DNA of 64,000 nt from Candidatus Bathyarchaeota archaeon (GCA_963775685.1 CAVZJV010000014.1:1184001-1248000); one strand, 5' to 3'. Counted from the stretch's first letter, positions 1 through 8,912 are shown. The notes: a model not told the origin generated them from the sequence alone. Program-made: numbers and translations.

Positions 1-1
1 G

Positions 2-169
2 GGCGTTGCTGAGTTGCCAGTAGAGGACTTGACGTTAGAAGATTTTGTGGAGGCGAATGCTGTTATTCCAGTTTTCGTTACCTGCAAAACGGAAAACGGT
101 TTAGTTCCATTAACTGACTATGATTGTCTAATTTCTAAATTTGAGGATTCGCAGAAACAAATTGCATAG
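2..169 (+). CDS. 3' end of a hypothetical protein running off the left edge
   Basis: Open frame GVAELPVEDLTLEDFVEANAVIPVF...KQIA ending in TAG at 167-169. Confidence 0.5.
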   Translation, partial: GVAELPVEDLTLEDFVEANAVIPVFVTCKTENGLVPLTDYDCLISKFEDSQKQIA

Positions 170-234
170 AAACAGTTATGCATTTTCGTCTCAGACTGCT
201 CCGTATTTCATAGACAACAAACACTCTTTTAATA

Positions 235-435
235 TTAAAGATCGCTTTTGATGCTGTGCAACCGTCGATAAAAAAGCATATCCACAAGCACCAATAATAC
301 TAATGCGATCAAAACCACAGCCAAGTATTCGGGGCGTCCACTGCCTGTTGAAACACGAATACCCAATTCTATACCATAAACTCCAATGATGATTGTCACG
401 ATTACGGTTACTAAAAATCCTATTTTTGCGTTCAA
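235..435 (-). CDS. small membrane protein with 2 TM helices
   Basis: 66-aa ORF with two hydrophobic stretches and a basic C-terminus. Confidence 0.55.
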   Translation of the reverse strand: MNAKIGFLVTVIVTIIIGVYGIELGIRVSTGSGRPEYLAVVLIALVLLVLVDMLFYRRLHSIKSDL

Positions 436-648
436 AGCGGCTTCTTCTAATATTTACGTTTGCGTTCACTTATTTCTCTTTCTGAATATAAACATTCTAA
501 GTCTCACAAAGAAGAGGGAAAAACCGATAGGAAGGCTTAAAGAAACAAGTCAATATTAAACTAAAGGAGCAAAGAAATTTGAAAAAACACAGCGACAACT
601 TATTCACTCTTGACTTTTTCGGAGAAGCTTGGTTTTAGGTGAAAATAT

Positions 649-822
649 ATGAAAGATTTTAAGTGTCCAATATGTGGCGGACCAACTGAAAAGGTTTGGG
701 AAAACGCAACCAGAACAAGATATGGAATGAGATGCATAAAAGGCCACGAAAACACAAGTAACAAATCAGATGGTTCAAAACAGTACCCGGTAATTCTTGT
801 TTCAAGTGAAGATCTTGTCTAG
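649..822 (+). CDS. 57-aa CPxCG zinc-finger microprotein
   Basis: Manual translation MKDFKCPICGGPTEKVWENATRTRYGMRCIKGH...; AGGTGA RBS at 637-642. Confidence 0.65.
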   Translation: MKDFKCPICGGPTEKVWENATRTRYGMRCIKGHENTSNKSDGSKQYPVILVSSEDLV

Positions 823-918
823 TTAAGAATGGCTGCCTTTTTTGCTGGAAAATACTGCAGGGAAATTGTTATTTGATTTCTGCTGACTTCCGCGTATTTT
901 GTTATTGATTCTTGCATC

Positions 919-1911
919 TTATTTTCGGAATATTGGATCTGGATCGTTTAGGCTGCCATATAGTGCGTGTGCAGATTCTCTGCAGCCTCCCTTGCATTTG
1001 CCAATTTTGTCGCATCCTATGCACATCTTGGGTGTGTAACGCAATTCCACAAATCCTTTGATATAATCGGAGTTTTCATAAATTTCTTTAGGATTTGATT
1101 CCAAACAATTACCCAAAACTTGAGGAGAATGATTGCAAACTCTAAGACCCCCCGAAGGATCGATGGCGCAGTGAATACCTTTTCCTGCCATGCAGCCTTC
1201 TTTAAGAAGGAACTTGTAATTTCGCAATCCCTCAAGACATAACGGTGTTGGAGTACCCACCAGAGCAGGAATGCCATATTCATCACTTGCTTCCTCTGTA
1301 AGATTTAACATTTGCAAAAGCTCATTTTCATTAAAAGCCAAGTCAGTATTCTCTAGTCCTTTTCCACCAGGTAGGAAGCGATTTACCAAAACGGAGTTCA
1401 TGTCCAATCCAGCGGCAAGTGCAATAGTATCTTTTAGTTCAAAAAGGTTTAACCGATTAACGACAACAACAGCCGAGACTGAAACCTTGTAATCCATCAA
1501 GGCTGTTCTTCCCAGAATTGCTTTCTGAAAGTTGCCTATTTTGCCGGTTAGTTTATCATGAGTTGCCTGCAGTCCTTGCAGAGAAATCTGAACGACTTCA
1601 AAGTTCTGGGCTATTTGGCTGGAGAATTTTGATGCGAGTATTCCGTTAGTTAATAGAGAATTTTTAAAACCATTCGCTTTTGCGTATGCCGCTATTTCAA
1701 ACAGGTCTGGGTTTAGGAGGGGTTCTCCGCCGGAAAAACCCAGGGTATCTACGCCCCATTGTTTTAGTTTATCGATAATGGAAAAAAAGGAGGTTTTTGA
1801 GAGAACTTTTTCTTGGGGGTACTGGTGTTTGTTGGAGGTTCGCCAGGCGTTGTAGCAGAATTTGCATGCGGCATTGCATGAGTAGCCGACTTCCAAGATG
1901 ACGAATTTCAA
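919..1911 (-). CDS. radical SAM/SPASM enzyme (rSAM-1, PqqE-like)
   Basis: CNAACKFC, FSGGEPL, and SPASM cysteines CMAG..HCAIDPSGGLRVC..CIGCDKIGKCKGGC. Confidence 0.92.
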   Translation of the reverse strand: MKFVILEVGYSCNAACKFCYNAWRTSNKHQYPQEKVLSKTSFFSIIDKLKQWGVDTLGFSGGEPLLNPDLFEIAAYAKANGFKNSLLTNGILASKFSSQIAQNFEVVQISLQGLQATHDKLTGKIGNFQKAILGRTALMDYKVSVSAVVVVNRLNLFELKDTIALAAGLDMNSVLVNRFLPGGKGLENTDLAFNENELLQMLNLTEEASDEYGIPALVGTPTPLCLEGLRNYKFLLKEGCMAGKGIHCAIDPSGGLRVCNHSPQVLGNCLESNPKEIYENSDYIKGFVELRYTPKMCIGCDKIGKCKGGCRESAHALYGSLNDPDPIFRK

Positions 1912-2199
1912 TTAGCACTTCGCCTGAAGAGCAGCGATCTCTTTTAGGTGGGCTTCAAAGTGTGTGATGGCAACCTTGGCAAGTTTCGGGTCTAGTTTTT
2001 TGTTTTCAGCGAGTCGTTTTATTATGTTGATGCGTTCATTGAGGTGTTTCGCTATTACCCAAGGATGAGGGTCGGGTTCAGCAACGACCGTTTTGGCGAT
2101 TTCTGCATGATCAATTCCTTTGTTTAGGACTAGTTCCCACATTGGCGGAAAATAACAGATTGGCGGGCGGATGCGTATTCTATCAAAATTTTCGCTCAT
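1912..2199 (-). CDS. 95-aa protein, candidate substrate or partner of rSAM-1
   Basis: Its stop codon directly abuts the TTG start of rSAM-1; motifs PPICYFPPMW and EPDPHPW. Confidence 0.75.
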   Translation of the reverse strand: MSENFDRIRIRPPICYFPPMWELVLNKGIDHAEIAKTVVAEPDPHPWVIAKHLNERINIIKRLAENKKLDPKLAKVAITHFEAHLKEIAALQAKC

Positions 2200-2867
2200 A
2201 AAAACCGCGTTAAATAAAATGCTTCATCTAAATATTAAAGCTTGAGGTTTCCGATTTCTTGATTGCAACCAAGCTCGATAAGTTAAACTCTCAAAGTGAT
2301 AGCCCTGAATTTTAACATGCCTCCTAAGGATTGGAAAGTCAATTCAGTTTTTGGTTTTAGTTCACTTTTGTTTGTTCATACATCATTGAGACGGTTATGC
2401 GTTTTCGGCTGAGACTACTGCAGATTTCGTTATTTATTCTTGTATCTTCTCTACCTTTGCTTTGCGTAATGAAAAAGAACGAATTTCCAGTTCTTCATTC
2501 TCCTCTAATTATCTGAGGGATAACTTGCTGAGCTGTAGACGGGTATTTTTGTATTGGAAGCTTTAAGCTTGCATATGGAAGTTCCACGGTTACTCGAGTT
2601 TTCCACCTCACATGGGGCATCTTCTCTTTATTGTATTTGAATTGTTGGAAGTTGGAGCGAGAAGTAGAAACAGAAGTAAATCTGGCGTTTTTATAGCAAT
2701 AGAAGCCACTGACAATGTTTCTGCCGCAACTGTCGCAAGGACATAGATAAATCAACCATAAAATTCGTTAACTTATCGTTCCTCGATTTTAAAAACAGCA
2801 TATTAAGGAAAATGGCTATTTTGGTTAGCTAACCGTTCTATTTGTGTTTGAGGCTTTTTAGAATAAT

Positions 2868-4068
2868 CTAAAAGATTGGTTTTATTTTTGAAAATAGGTA
2901 TTCTTGTAAGTTCGGCTGAAAAATATCTTGATTCTCAAAATAATTTTCTGCATAACACCCTCCAAGATAATCTCCTGCTATTCCTTTTTTTGAACAAGCA
3001 GACCGTAGCTTTAATCCAGAAACAAAGTCTAAGCGGCTATTTAAATTATAAATACCGTATTTAGTATCACCAAGTTTGGATAGTAATTGGCGATTATTCA
3101 AAGCTAAAACCCTACCACAGGCTGATATTTCTCCATTTGTATTCACACAAATCCGGCTTGTACCCGCTTCACAAACAAAAGAATTACTTTTTTTTAATTG
3201 CTCATGTTCGCCAATTTGTATGTCCCCACTTAACTTTATGTCGTTGCGCGACGAGTTTTTGTACCACATATACAATTTTTCTAAATTATGAACAAATTTT
3301 TCTCGGTCAATTAAAGGCCATTCCACACCGGTGGCATGCCCGATGATAAAGTCATTTACGCCTAACTTGTAAAGCCCTAAGACATCATCATATAGATTGG
3401 GAACGTTTTGGGGGGATACTGTCATTTTTGTGCCAATCCAGGGCTGACTTTCTTTTAATAATTGCATGTTTTTTATAGCTTTTTCGAAAGTACCTCTTCC
3501 AGATTTATCAATTCTGAATCTGTCATGAGATTCTTTTAAACCATCAATACTCAAAAGAACTTTAATTTTATGGGAAGAGAAAAAATCTGTCATTTCGTTA
3601 TTCAACAATAGGCCATTGGATGTCATGTCAAATTCAATTGATTTTTGTCTAACTGCAGCCCTCTCTTCGGCATAAATAGTTATTTCTTTTATAAGATCAA
3701 ATTCAAGAGTTGGTTCTCCTCCAAAAAAGAGAATAGTTAGATTCGTTTCATTTGCAGAATAATCAAGAAGAAGGTCTACAGCAGATTTAGCGATTGTTTT
3801 TTCCATGGATTCAGATGTTCTACAATTTTTTTCAAAACAATATTTGCAGGCTAATTGCACCTATTTGTTAGAATCAAGTCAAGTTTTGTTATAGGTGGAA
3901 AAATAGAAGAATTTGTATATAATATAATTTTGTAGAGTAATCTTTGACTTTCTTCGGATGAAATTCCTAGCTCCTCTCTTAATTTGCATATTAAGTCGTT
4001 CGTATCAGGAGAAGAACCAGCAAAAAACTCCTAGAAATCTGTTCGATAAAAAGTTCTCTGTCTATCAT
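2868..4068 (-). CDS. radical SAM/SPASM-twitch enzyme (rSAM-2), broken by two single-base frameshifts (~4031 and ~3854)
   Basis: Joined frames read MIDRELFIEQIS/EFFAGSSPDTNDLICKLREELG...LDLILTNRCN/LACKYC, restoring CxxxCxxC; FFGGEP, SIDG and CEAG..ICVNTNGEISAC follow. Confidence 0.88.
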
Positions 4069-4085
4069 GAATTAGATCTAGCCAT

Positions 4086-4298
4086 CTAAGGATGTAGTTT
4101 GTGGGTATAAGCATCGCTTGAGCACTTGTGAGGAGCCACGCAGTTATATACGTTCGAGCATTTGAATTTTAGAGTACACTTAAAGCCAAGAGCTCCGCTC
4201 TCCGCGATAGCCTTGACCGTTTCATCAGAACTCCCTATCTTTGCTGCAATACTTTTGGCAATTTTTTCTAATTCTTCCTCAGAAATTTTTTTTGACAA
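4086..4298 (-). CDS. Cys-rich RiPP precursor candidate A
   Basis: Helical leader ISEEELEKIAKSIAAKI and core FKC-TLK-FKC-SNV-YNC-VAP-HKC; 17 nt upstream of rSAM-2. Confidence 0.8.
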   Translation of the reverse strand: MSKKISEEELEKIAKSIAAKIGSSDETVKAIAESGALGFKCTLKFKCSNVYNCVAPHKCSSDAYTHKLHP

Positions 4299-4302
4299 TG
4301 TC

Positions 4303-4545
4303 TTACCTCATAAGTTTTTTTGTAAACCCAGTAAAGCTATTCGAGCATTCAAAGTCATCACTACAAGAAAACAAACTAGCTTGGCAAGTAAAAGAACTAG
4401 CGTCACATGTATACTTAGAAGGTGTGTTACATGGGGTTGGTAATTCGCCTGCACGAAGGGCAACTGTTCCAATTTTTCCTTTTAGTTTCTCTGCAACTCT
4501 CGAAGCTATACGGTCAATTTCTTCGTCGGAAAGCATTTTTCTCAC
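4303..4545 (-). CDS. Cys-rich RiPP precursor candidate B (paralogue of A)
   Basis: Leader LSDEEIDRIASRVAEKL and core with YTC, FTC, FSC, FEC; 4 nt from precursor A. Confidence 0.8.
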   Translation of the reverse strand: MRKMLSDEEIDRIASRVAEKLKGKIGTVALRAGELPTPCNTPSKYTCDASSFTCQASLFSCSDDFECSNSFTGFTKKLMR

Positions 4546-4739
4546 CTTTAATGTTAATCTTAATTAATTTATCTCATCCTTGACTTTAAGGAATTGTTGT
4601 TGTAAAAGCACAGTCACATCGTCTTTTATCTTTAATCGTATTTATTATGAAACAGGTCGTGCGGTTTTATCGAAGGCTACGGAGAAGAAAACGTAGAGAG
4701 TGAAGAAATTGATCCAAAAGGTTTCAGCTGCTTTGAAGA

Positions 4740-4768
4740 GGGCAAAGAAAAAGGGAAGGGAAAAGGCC
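4740..4768 (-). terminator. pyrimidine-rich archaeal terminator after the 193-aa gene
   Basis: Minus strand reads GGCCTTTTCCCTTCCCTTTTTCTTTGCCC about 20 nt after the stop codon. Confidence 0.45.
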
Positions 4769-4788
4769 TTACCTAACTCTAAGTAGCA

Positions 4789-5370
4789 CTAGGCACCTTT
4801 TCCTATTTCATTGGCTACGTCTTTGAGTTGTTTCTTAACTATATTGCGCATTTGGACCTCGCTAACTATTATTCCACTCTCTTTTGCAACAGCATCAGCT
4901 AAAGTAAGACCTATCGCGGCACTCATGGCAGCATTAATAACCGCTTTAGAAACCTTGTTTGCGATCTTATCAATTGACGAAGTAAAGTCACCATTATCAC
5001 ACTTATCACATGCTGGAGTGGGACCTGTACCACACGACCAACATGCTGGAGTGGGACCTGTACCACACGACCAACATGCTGGTTGAGGGCAATCTTCTGC
5101 TACAAGAGTCTCGCCGAAAGCTTGATTTAACCATTCCACATATTCAGGCATCGTTTTTTCAACGGCTTCATGTATGGCTGATTGCAGTTTTGTATACATT
5201 TGAGGATCAATCTTTTCAATTGAAGGGCTCCTCGAAAGGAGTTCCCGAAAACGTTTACTTTGCGCTTCAGTGAGTTTTTTAGCAGAAACTTTTGAGACCG
5301 ATTTTTTTGTTGAACGAGAAACACCTTGTCTTTTTAATTTTGCTTTAAGCGCTTTTTTAACTTTTGCCAA
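4789..5370 (-). CDS. 193-aa protein with a Lys-rich N-terminus and an internal Cys/Trp repeat core; candidate substrate of rSAM-3
   Basis: (PACWSCGTGPT)x2 followed by PACDKCDNGD; directly downstream of rSAM-3. Confidence 0.8.
   Translation of the reverse strand: MAKVKKALKAKLKRQGVSRSTKKSVSKVSAKKLTEAQSKRFRELLSRSPSIEKIDPQMYTKLQSAIHEAVEKTMPEYVEWLNQAFGETLVAEDCPQPACWSCGTGPTPACWSCGTGPTPACDKCDNGDFTSSIDKIANKVSKAVINAAMSAAIGLTLADAVAKESGIIVSEVQMRNIVKKQLKDVANEIGKGA
5008..5082. repeat. perfect 33-bp tandem repeat (2 copies plus 9 nt)
   Basis: ACATGCTGGAGTGGGACCTGTACCACACGACCA at 5008-5040 and 5041-5073, then ACATGCTGG. Confidence 0.95.
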
Positions 5371-5563
5371 AAATAATCACTAATATGACCTATGAAATGT
5401 CAGTTATTTATATTTATTGTTAATGCAACCTGCTCCAGAAATCAGGCTGCCGACCCTTCAATTTTTGGCTTCTATTGAATAACTTTACTGATTCTAACGT
5501 CAGCGTTCTTTATCGAAATCATTCAAAACAAATCCTTGAAGCAAAACGTTAGAGAAGGCATTG

Positions 5564-7048
5564 TTAGAGTTTGCGTTGTATTCGCTTCCGATTCTTTCTT
5601 TTGGAACTATTTTGTGATTTTGTTAGAAAATCATACGCCAATAACAATTTCAAAATTTCATTTTGGAAAGCACAGAAATAGTCTTCTTTTATGCCTAATT
5701 GACCAGTTTTGATATAGACATCGTATGCGCATGCACCACCGCATATTCCAAGTGCAGGGCAATTCATACATTCTTTGTTCTTTAGAGTCCCAAATTCAAA
5801 CCATTTATAAAAAAGTGGTTCTTCTTGAACTTTTAAATCATCTTTAATTGGAATTTGATATTTCCCCGACGGGTAGAAGGCTTGGCAAGGTCCAATTGTT
5901 CCTGAGGGAGAAAAGAATATTTGCTGACCAAATGCCGGGCAATCATATACGTGGAACATCTCTCTAAAGAAATATCTCGCCCTTCGCTTGTCTATCCGAT
6001 CTTCAAACATATGCAATTCTTTTGCTTTTAAGTACGCCTTAAAGAGATGATGAGCAAGTTGTTTTGGATCTGGCACTTCGAATTCAGTAGAGTCCTTGAT
6101 TCTAGTAAGCAAGTTAAAACCTAAACTCTTAATTCCCAATTTGTGAAAGAAATCTACTATTTCCTCCGCATATTCATAGTTCTGCTTGGTAATCGTGCAG
6201 GATATTCCCACATTTACGCTAGCTTCATTCAAGAGAGTTAGAGCTCTGAGTGTAGAATTGAAGGTTTCGATTCCTTCAGTAAAAACACGATTCCTATTAA
6301 TTCCATACCAACCATCAAGAGATAAGCCAACACTAACATTGTTTTCTTTAAGTTTTTTCGCTAATTCCTTCGTTACAAAGCTTCCATTCGTTACGCATGA
6401 AAAGGTAAACTTATTCTTGACTGCCCTCTCAAGCCTTTCGATTATATAAAAGATGATTTCGCTACTACTAAGAGGTTCACCTCCGTAAAATGTGACTTTG
6501 TACTCCTTAACTTCTTTTGCTGCTGTAATCAGAGCATTTATGACTTTGTCGGCTACCTCCTTAGACATTTTTACGCTCGGTCCTTTAAGAGAATTCTCTA
6601 TGAAGCAATAGCCGCATCTAAAGTTGCAGTAATCCGTTACTAAAACGTAGGATAGAAATGGAGACGGCGTCTTTCTAAGCATTTTGTCTGCCAATGTGCA
6701 AAAAACTCTCTCTCGATCAAAGCTTTGGGGCACAATAAATTCGAGATTAAGTAAGCTCTTTACAGATTCGCTAAGGCTATCCGTAGCCAGACCGGTTAAT
6801 ACAGAGATATATTCATCATTTTTTAGGTATACTTTCTTTAACGTCAAAGAATGGAAAAGACACTTCGTATCGTCATTTATGTTAAATATGTGAACGAACG
6901 GAGAAAACGTTAATTGATCAGATCCTTCTCGATGCGATTGCTCAATTGTCGCCTTTGCATTCAAAAGAGAACCATGATCTTTCTTAAGTTGCTTTTTGCT
7001 CGAGTTAGAAAGCGGAAAAGAAACCACCATGAATTCCAAAACCCTCAA
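5564..7048 (-). CDS. radical SAM/SPASM peptide maturase (rSAM-3) with an N-terminal extension
   Basis: CNFRCGYC, FYGGEPL, SLDG, CPAFGQQIFFSPSGTIGPC, CMNCPALGICGGAC..YFC; the true start may be ~7030. Confidence 0.92.
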   Translation of the reverse strand: MRVLEFMVVSFPLSNSSKKQLKKDHGSLLNAKATIEQSHREGSDQLTFSPFVHIFNINDDTKCLFHSLTLKKVYLKNDEYISVLTGLATDSLSESVKSLLNLEFIVPQSFDRERVFCTLADKMLRKTPSPFLSYVLVTDYCNFRCGYCFIENSLKGPSVKMSKEVADKVINALITAAKEVKEYKVTFYGGEPLSSSEIIFYIIERLERAVKNKFTFSCVTNGSFVTKELAKKLKENNVSVGLSLDGWYGINRNRVFTEGIETFNSTLRALTLLNEASVNVGISCTITKQNYEYAEEIVDFFHKLGIKSLGFNLLTRIKDSTEFEVPDPKQLAHHLFKAYLKAKELHMFEDRIDKRRARYFFREMFHVYDCPAFGQQIFFSPSGTIGPCQAFYPSGKYQIPIKDDLKVQEEPLFYKWFEFGTLKNKECMNCPALGICGGACAYDVYIKTGQLGIKEDYFCAFQNEILKLLLAYDFLTKSQNSSKRKNRKRIQRKL

Positions 7049-7256
7049 ATTATTAAAAGTTTTCCCAAGGTTCTTAAAGCAATTTCAGTTATGACAAATG
7101 CAGTTTTCGATTACTTTTCCTTCTATCATATTTTTTCTTTGAAAATCCTCAAGAGGCAGAGAACCGCTAAACCGCTTCTCCAACTTTACTTCATTTAGAG
7201 TATAGCTACCTATACCACACTTAGTGACCGAAAACTATCCGCTTGGTCCCAACGTT

Positions 7257-7766
7257 TTACAATGTCAAAATCCGTAACTTGTAACCCTCCAGTTTCAACT
7301 TTTCAAAGATGCGTTTCTGATCAGCCTCATCTCTACACTCAATTATTATCTCATAGGTTCCAGGGATAGATACCGGAATCTCATGGTCATCCAAATCCTC
7401 AGGAATTTTCTCGCCGACGGATTCAAGGAGCGACTTCAAATCTTCTTTTTCGCCTTGTTCAATTATGCGCAGATATTCGGCGCTGTCCAACTCTTTGTTG
7501 TGTTTACCCCTTAGCTTGTTGAGCACCTGCCGCAGAAGCCGGCGATCAACATCTTTAACTGGCAAGCGAATGACGCTGCACTCAGTCATGCCAAGCTCCT
7601 TCATAGCGGTAACACGCTGCTGCCCATCTGCCACCAAAAGCTCACTGTTGGTGACGACGGGAACGATGTCCCCCCATCGCTTAATTGAAGCTTTCAAGCG
7701 GTCAAGCTGCGCCAAGCTCATCATGTTAGGATTGTCTTGGTCAAACTTGAGATCGCTGATTTTCAC
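7257..7766 (-). CDS. ParB/Srx-like N-terminal domain protein of the type found in proviruses
   Basis: NPN..LKASIKRWGDIVPVVTN..VADGQQRVTAMKELG..LNKLRG; the N-terminus probably extends to ~7834 through frameshifts. Confidence 0.8.
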   Translation of the reverse strand: MKISDLKFDQDNPNMMSLAQLDRLKASIKRWGDIVPVVTNSELLVADGQQRVTAMKELGMTECSVIRLPVKDVDRRLLRQVLNKLRGKHNKELDSAEYLRIIEQGEKEDLKSLLESVGEKIPEDLDDHEIPVSIPGTYEIIIECRDEADQKRIFEKLKLEGYKLRILTL

Positions 7767-7829
7767 TGCGCTCCGACATGGGAATCGGAATTTCTTTTCG
7801 ATTTTCGCTCGGTTTCACTTGCTCGGTCA

Positions 7830-8631
7830 CTCATATTTTCAGATTCTCCGTAACGTTTTCTGTTGTCAGCAATTGGTTAATTTGGACATTTTGGGATATT
7901 TTCTTAAACCAGTCGCACTGGTTCCGCACACGTCGGACATTTTTCTTTAAGGTAACGTGCGTTACGTGCGTCAGTCTCCGCGTTTTCCGCTTGTTTCTTG
8001 CTGTTCTTCTAACTCTTCTTGCCTAGCTTGCTCGGGTGTCCTGTTAGCGATAAACTGTTGAATGTCCTCGGTTGTTTTGAAAACGTGATGTTGGTCACAG
8101 TAGCGTTGAAAACTCTCAGGAGTAAATAGGTCATGGTTCCAAGTTTGCATAAACGGGAGCTAAACGCCTTTCCTGTTCGCCTTCGCATAGTTCCCAATAG
8201 CCAGGCGTGTTAAAGACTGCTTCTTCCGCGTCAAATTGCTCTTTGAACTTGCGGGTTTCTTCTATAAGCCAATAAAACCGCGTGTAGAACACCCAATTAG
8301 CCATAGGGTCTTTATACGTTACAAAAGCATCCGTGAAGGTTTGGAAAATCTCCAGTATCCTAGCCATAAAGCGATGGTTGGCTGCGTCCACAATTGCTTG
8401 GTCGTCTGAAGATAACGGGATATAAGCGGTTTCTCCCCGTGATAATGGCTTGCCTGCATTTCTTCTGCGTGAGCATTGCAAGATTTGAGTTGCTCGTCTA
8501 TGTAATTCGTTTTCGGCTCGATCTAACTCTGTGTCTCCGTTTTCCCATGTTATTCTTGTTGTGCCTTCTTCGGGAAGTTCAGGTAACACATTTTTTTCTA
8601 ATTCATGCAGTTTCCTGCTTAGAATGTTCAT
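7830..8631 (-). pseudogene. hypothetical protein with several frameshifts
   Basis: The 166-aa ORF continues in shifted frames: HDLFTPESFQRYCDQH...EELEEQQ / AETDARNARYLKEKCPTC / CDWFKK. Confidence 0.5.
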
Positions 8632-8912
8632 TTCTTCTTATCCTCCGGTTTCGGTATTAATATGCTGTTCTTGAGCTTCTCCTCTAACGTTAACACCCGA
8701 AGCTCCAACTCCTCATCCTTTAGCAAGGGACCGTAGGCTGAGACTGCTGAAACTAAAACTCTTGCCCAACCCTGCTTAGCTCGGTCACTGTTTCCGCCTG
8801 TATGAATTTTTTTGTGGGACAGGCTTAATACACCGTCTAAAACGCGAAATAACGTGTTTCTGCGATCCTTTGTTGAGCGGTTTGATGTTGGTTTCTTCGC
8901 AGCTTCAGCCAT
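8628..8912 (-). CDS. 94-aa hypothetical protein, possibly terminase-small-subunit-like
   Basis: ATGA overlap with the next ORF; C-terminal DEELELRVLTLEEKL coiled coil. Confidence 0.6.
   Translation of the reverse strand: MAEAAKKPTSNRSTKDRRNTLFRVLDGVLSLSHKKIHTGGNSDRAKQGWARVLVSAVSAYGPLLKDEELELRVLTLEEKLKNSILIPKPEDKKK

Noticed and set aside
2495-2755. 86-aa ORF with CPCDSC as a fifth precursor
   Set aside because: No leader similarity; other frames suggest a decayed membrane zinc-ribbon gene (RRCPM*GGKLE*PWNF), so the ORF is probably spurious
3851-3860. In-frame TAG in rSAM-2 as pyrrolysine readthrough or programmed frameshift
   Set aside because: Readthrough does not restore the downstream frame, there is no slippery site, and a second indel lies nearby
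5008-5082. 33-bp direct repeat as a CRISPR array
   Set aside because: The copies are contiguous with no spacers, are in frame within a CDS, and no cas genes are present
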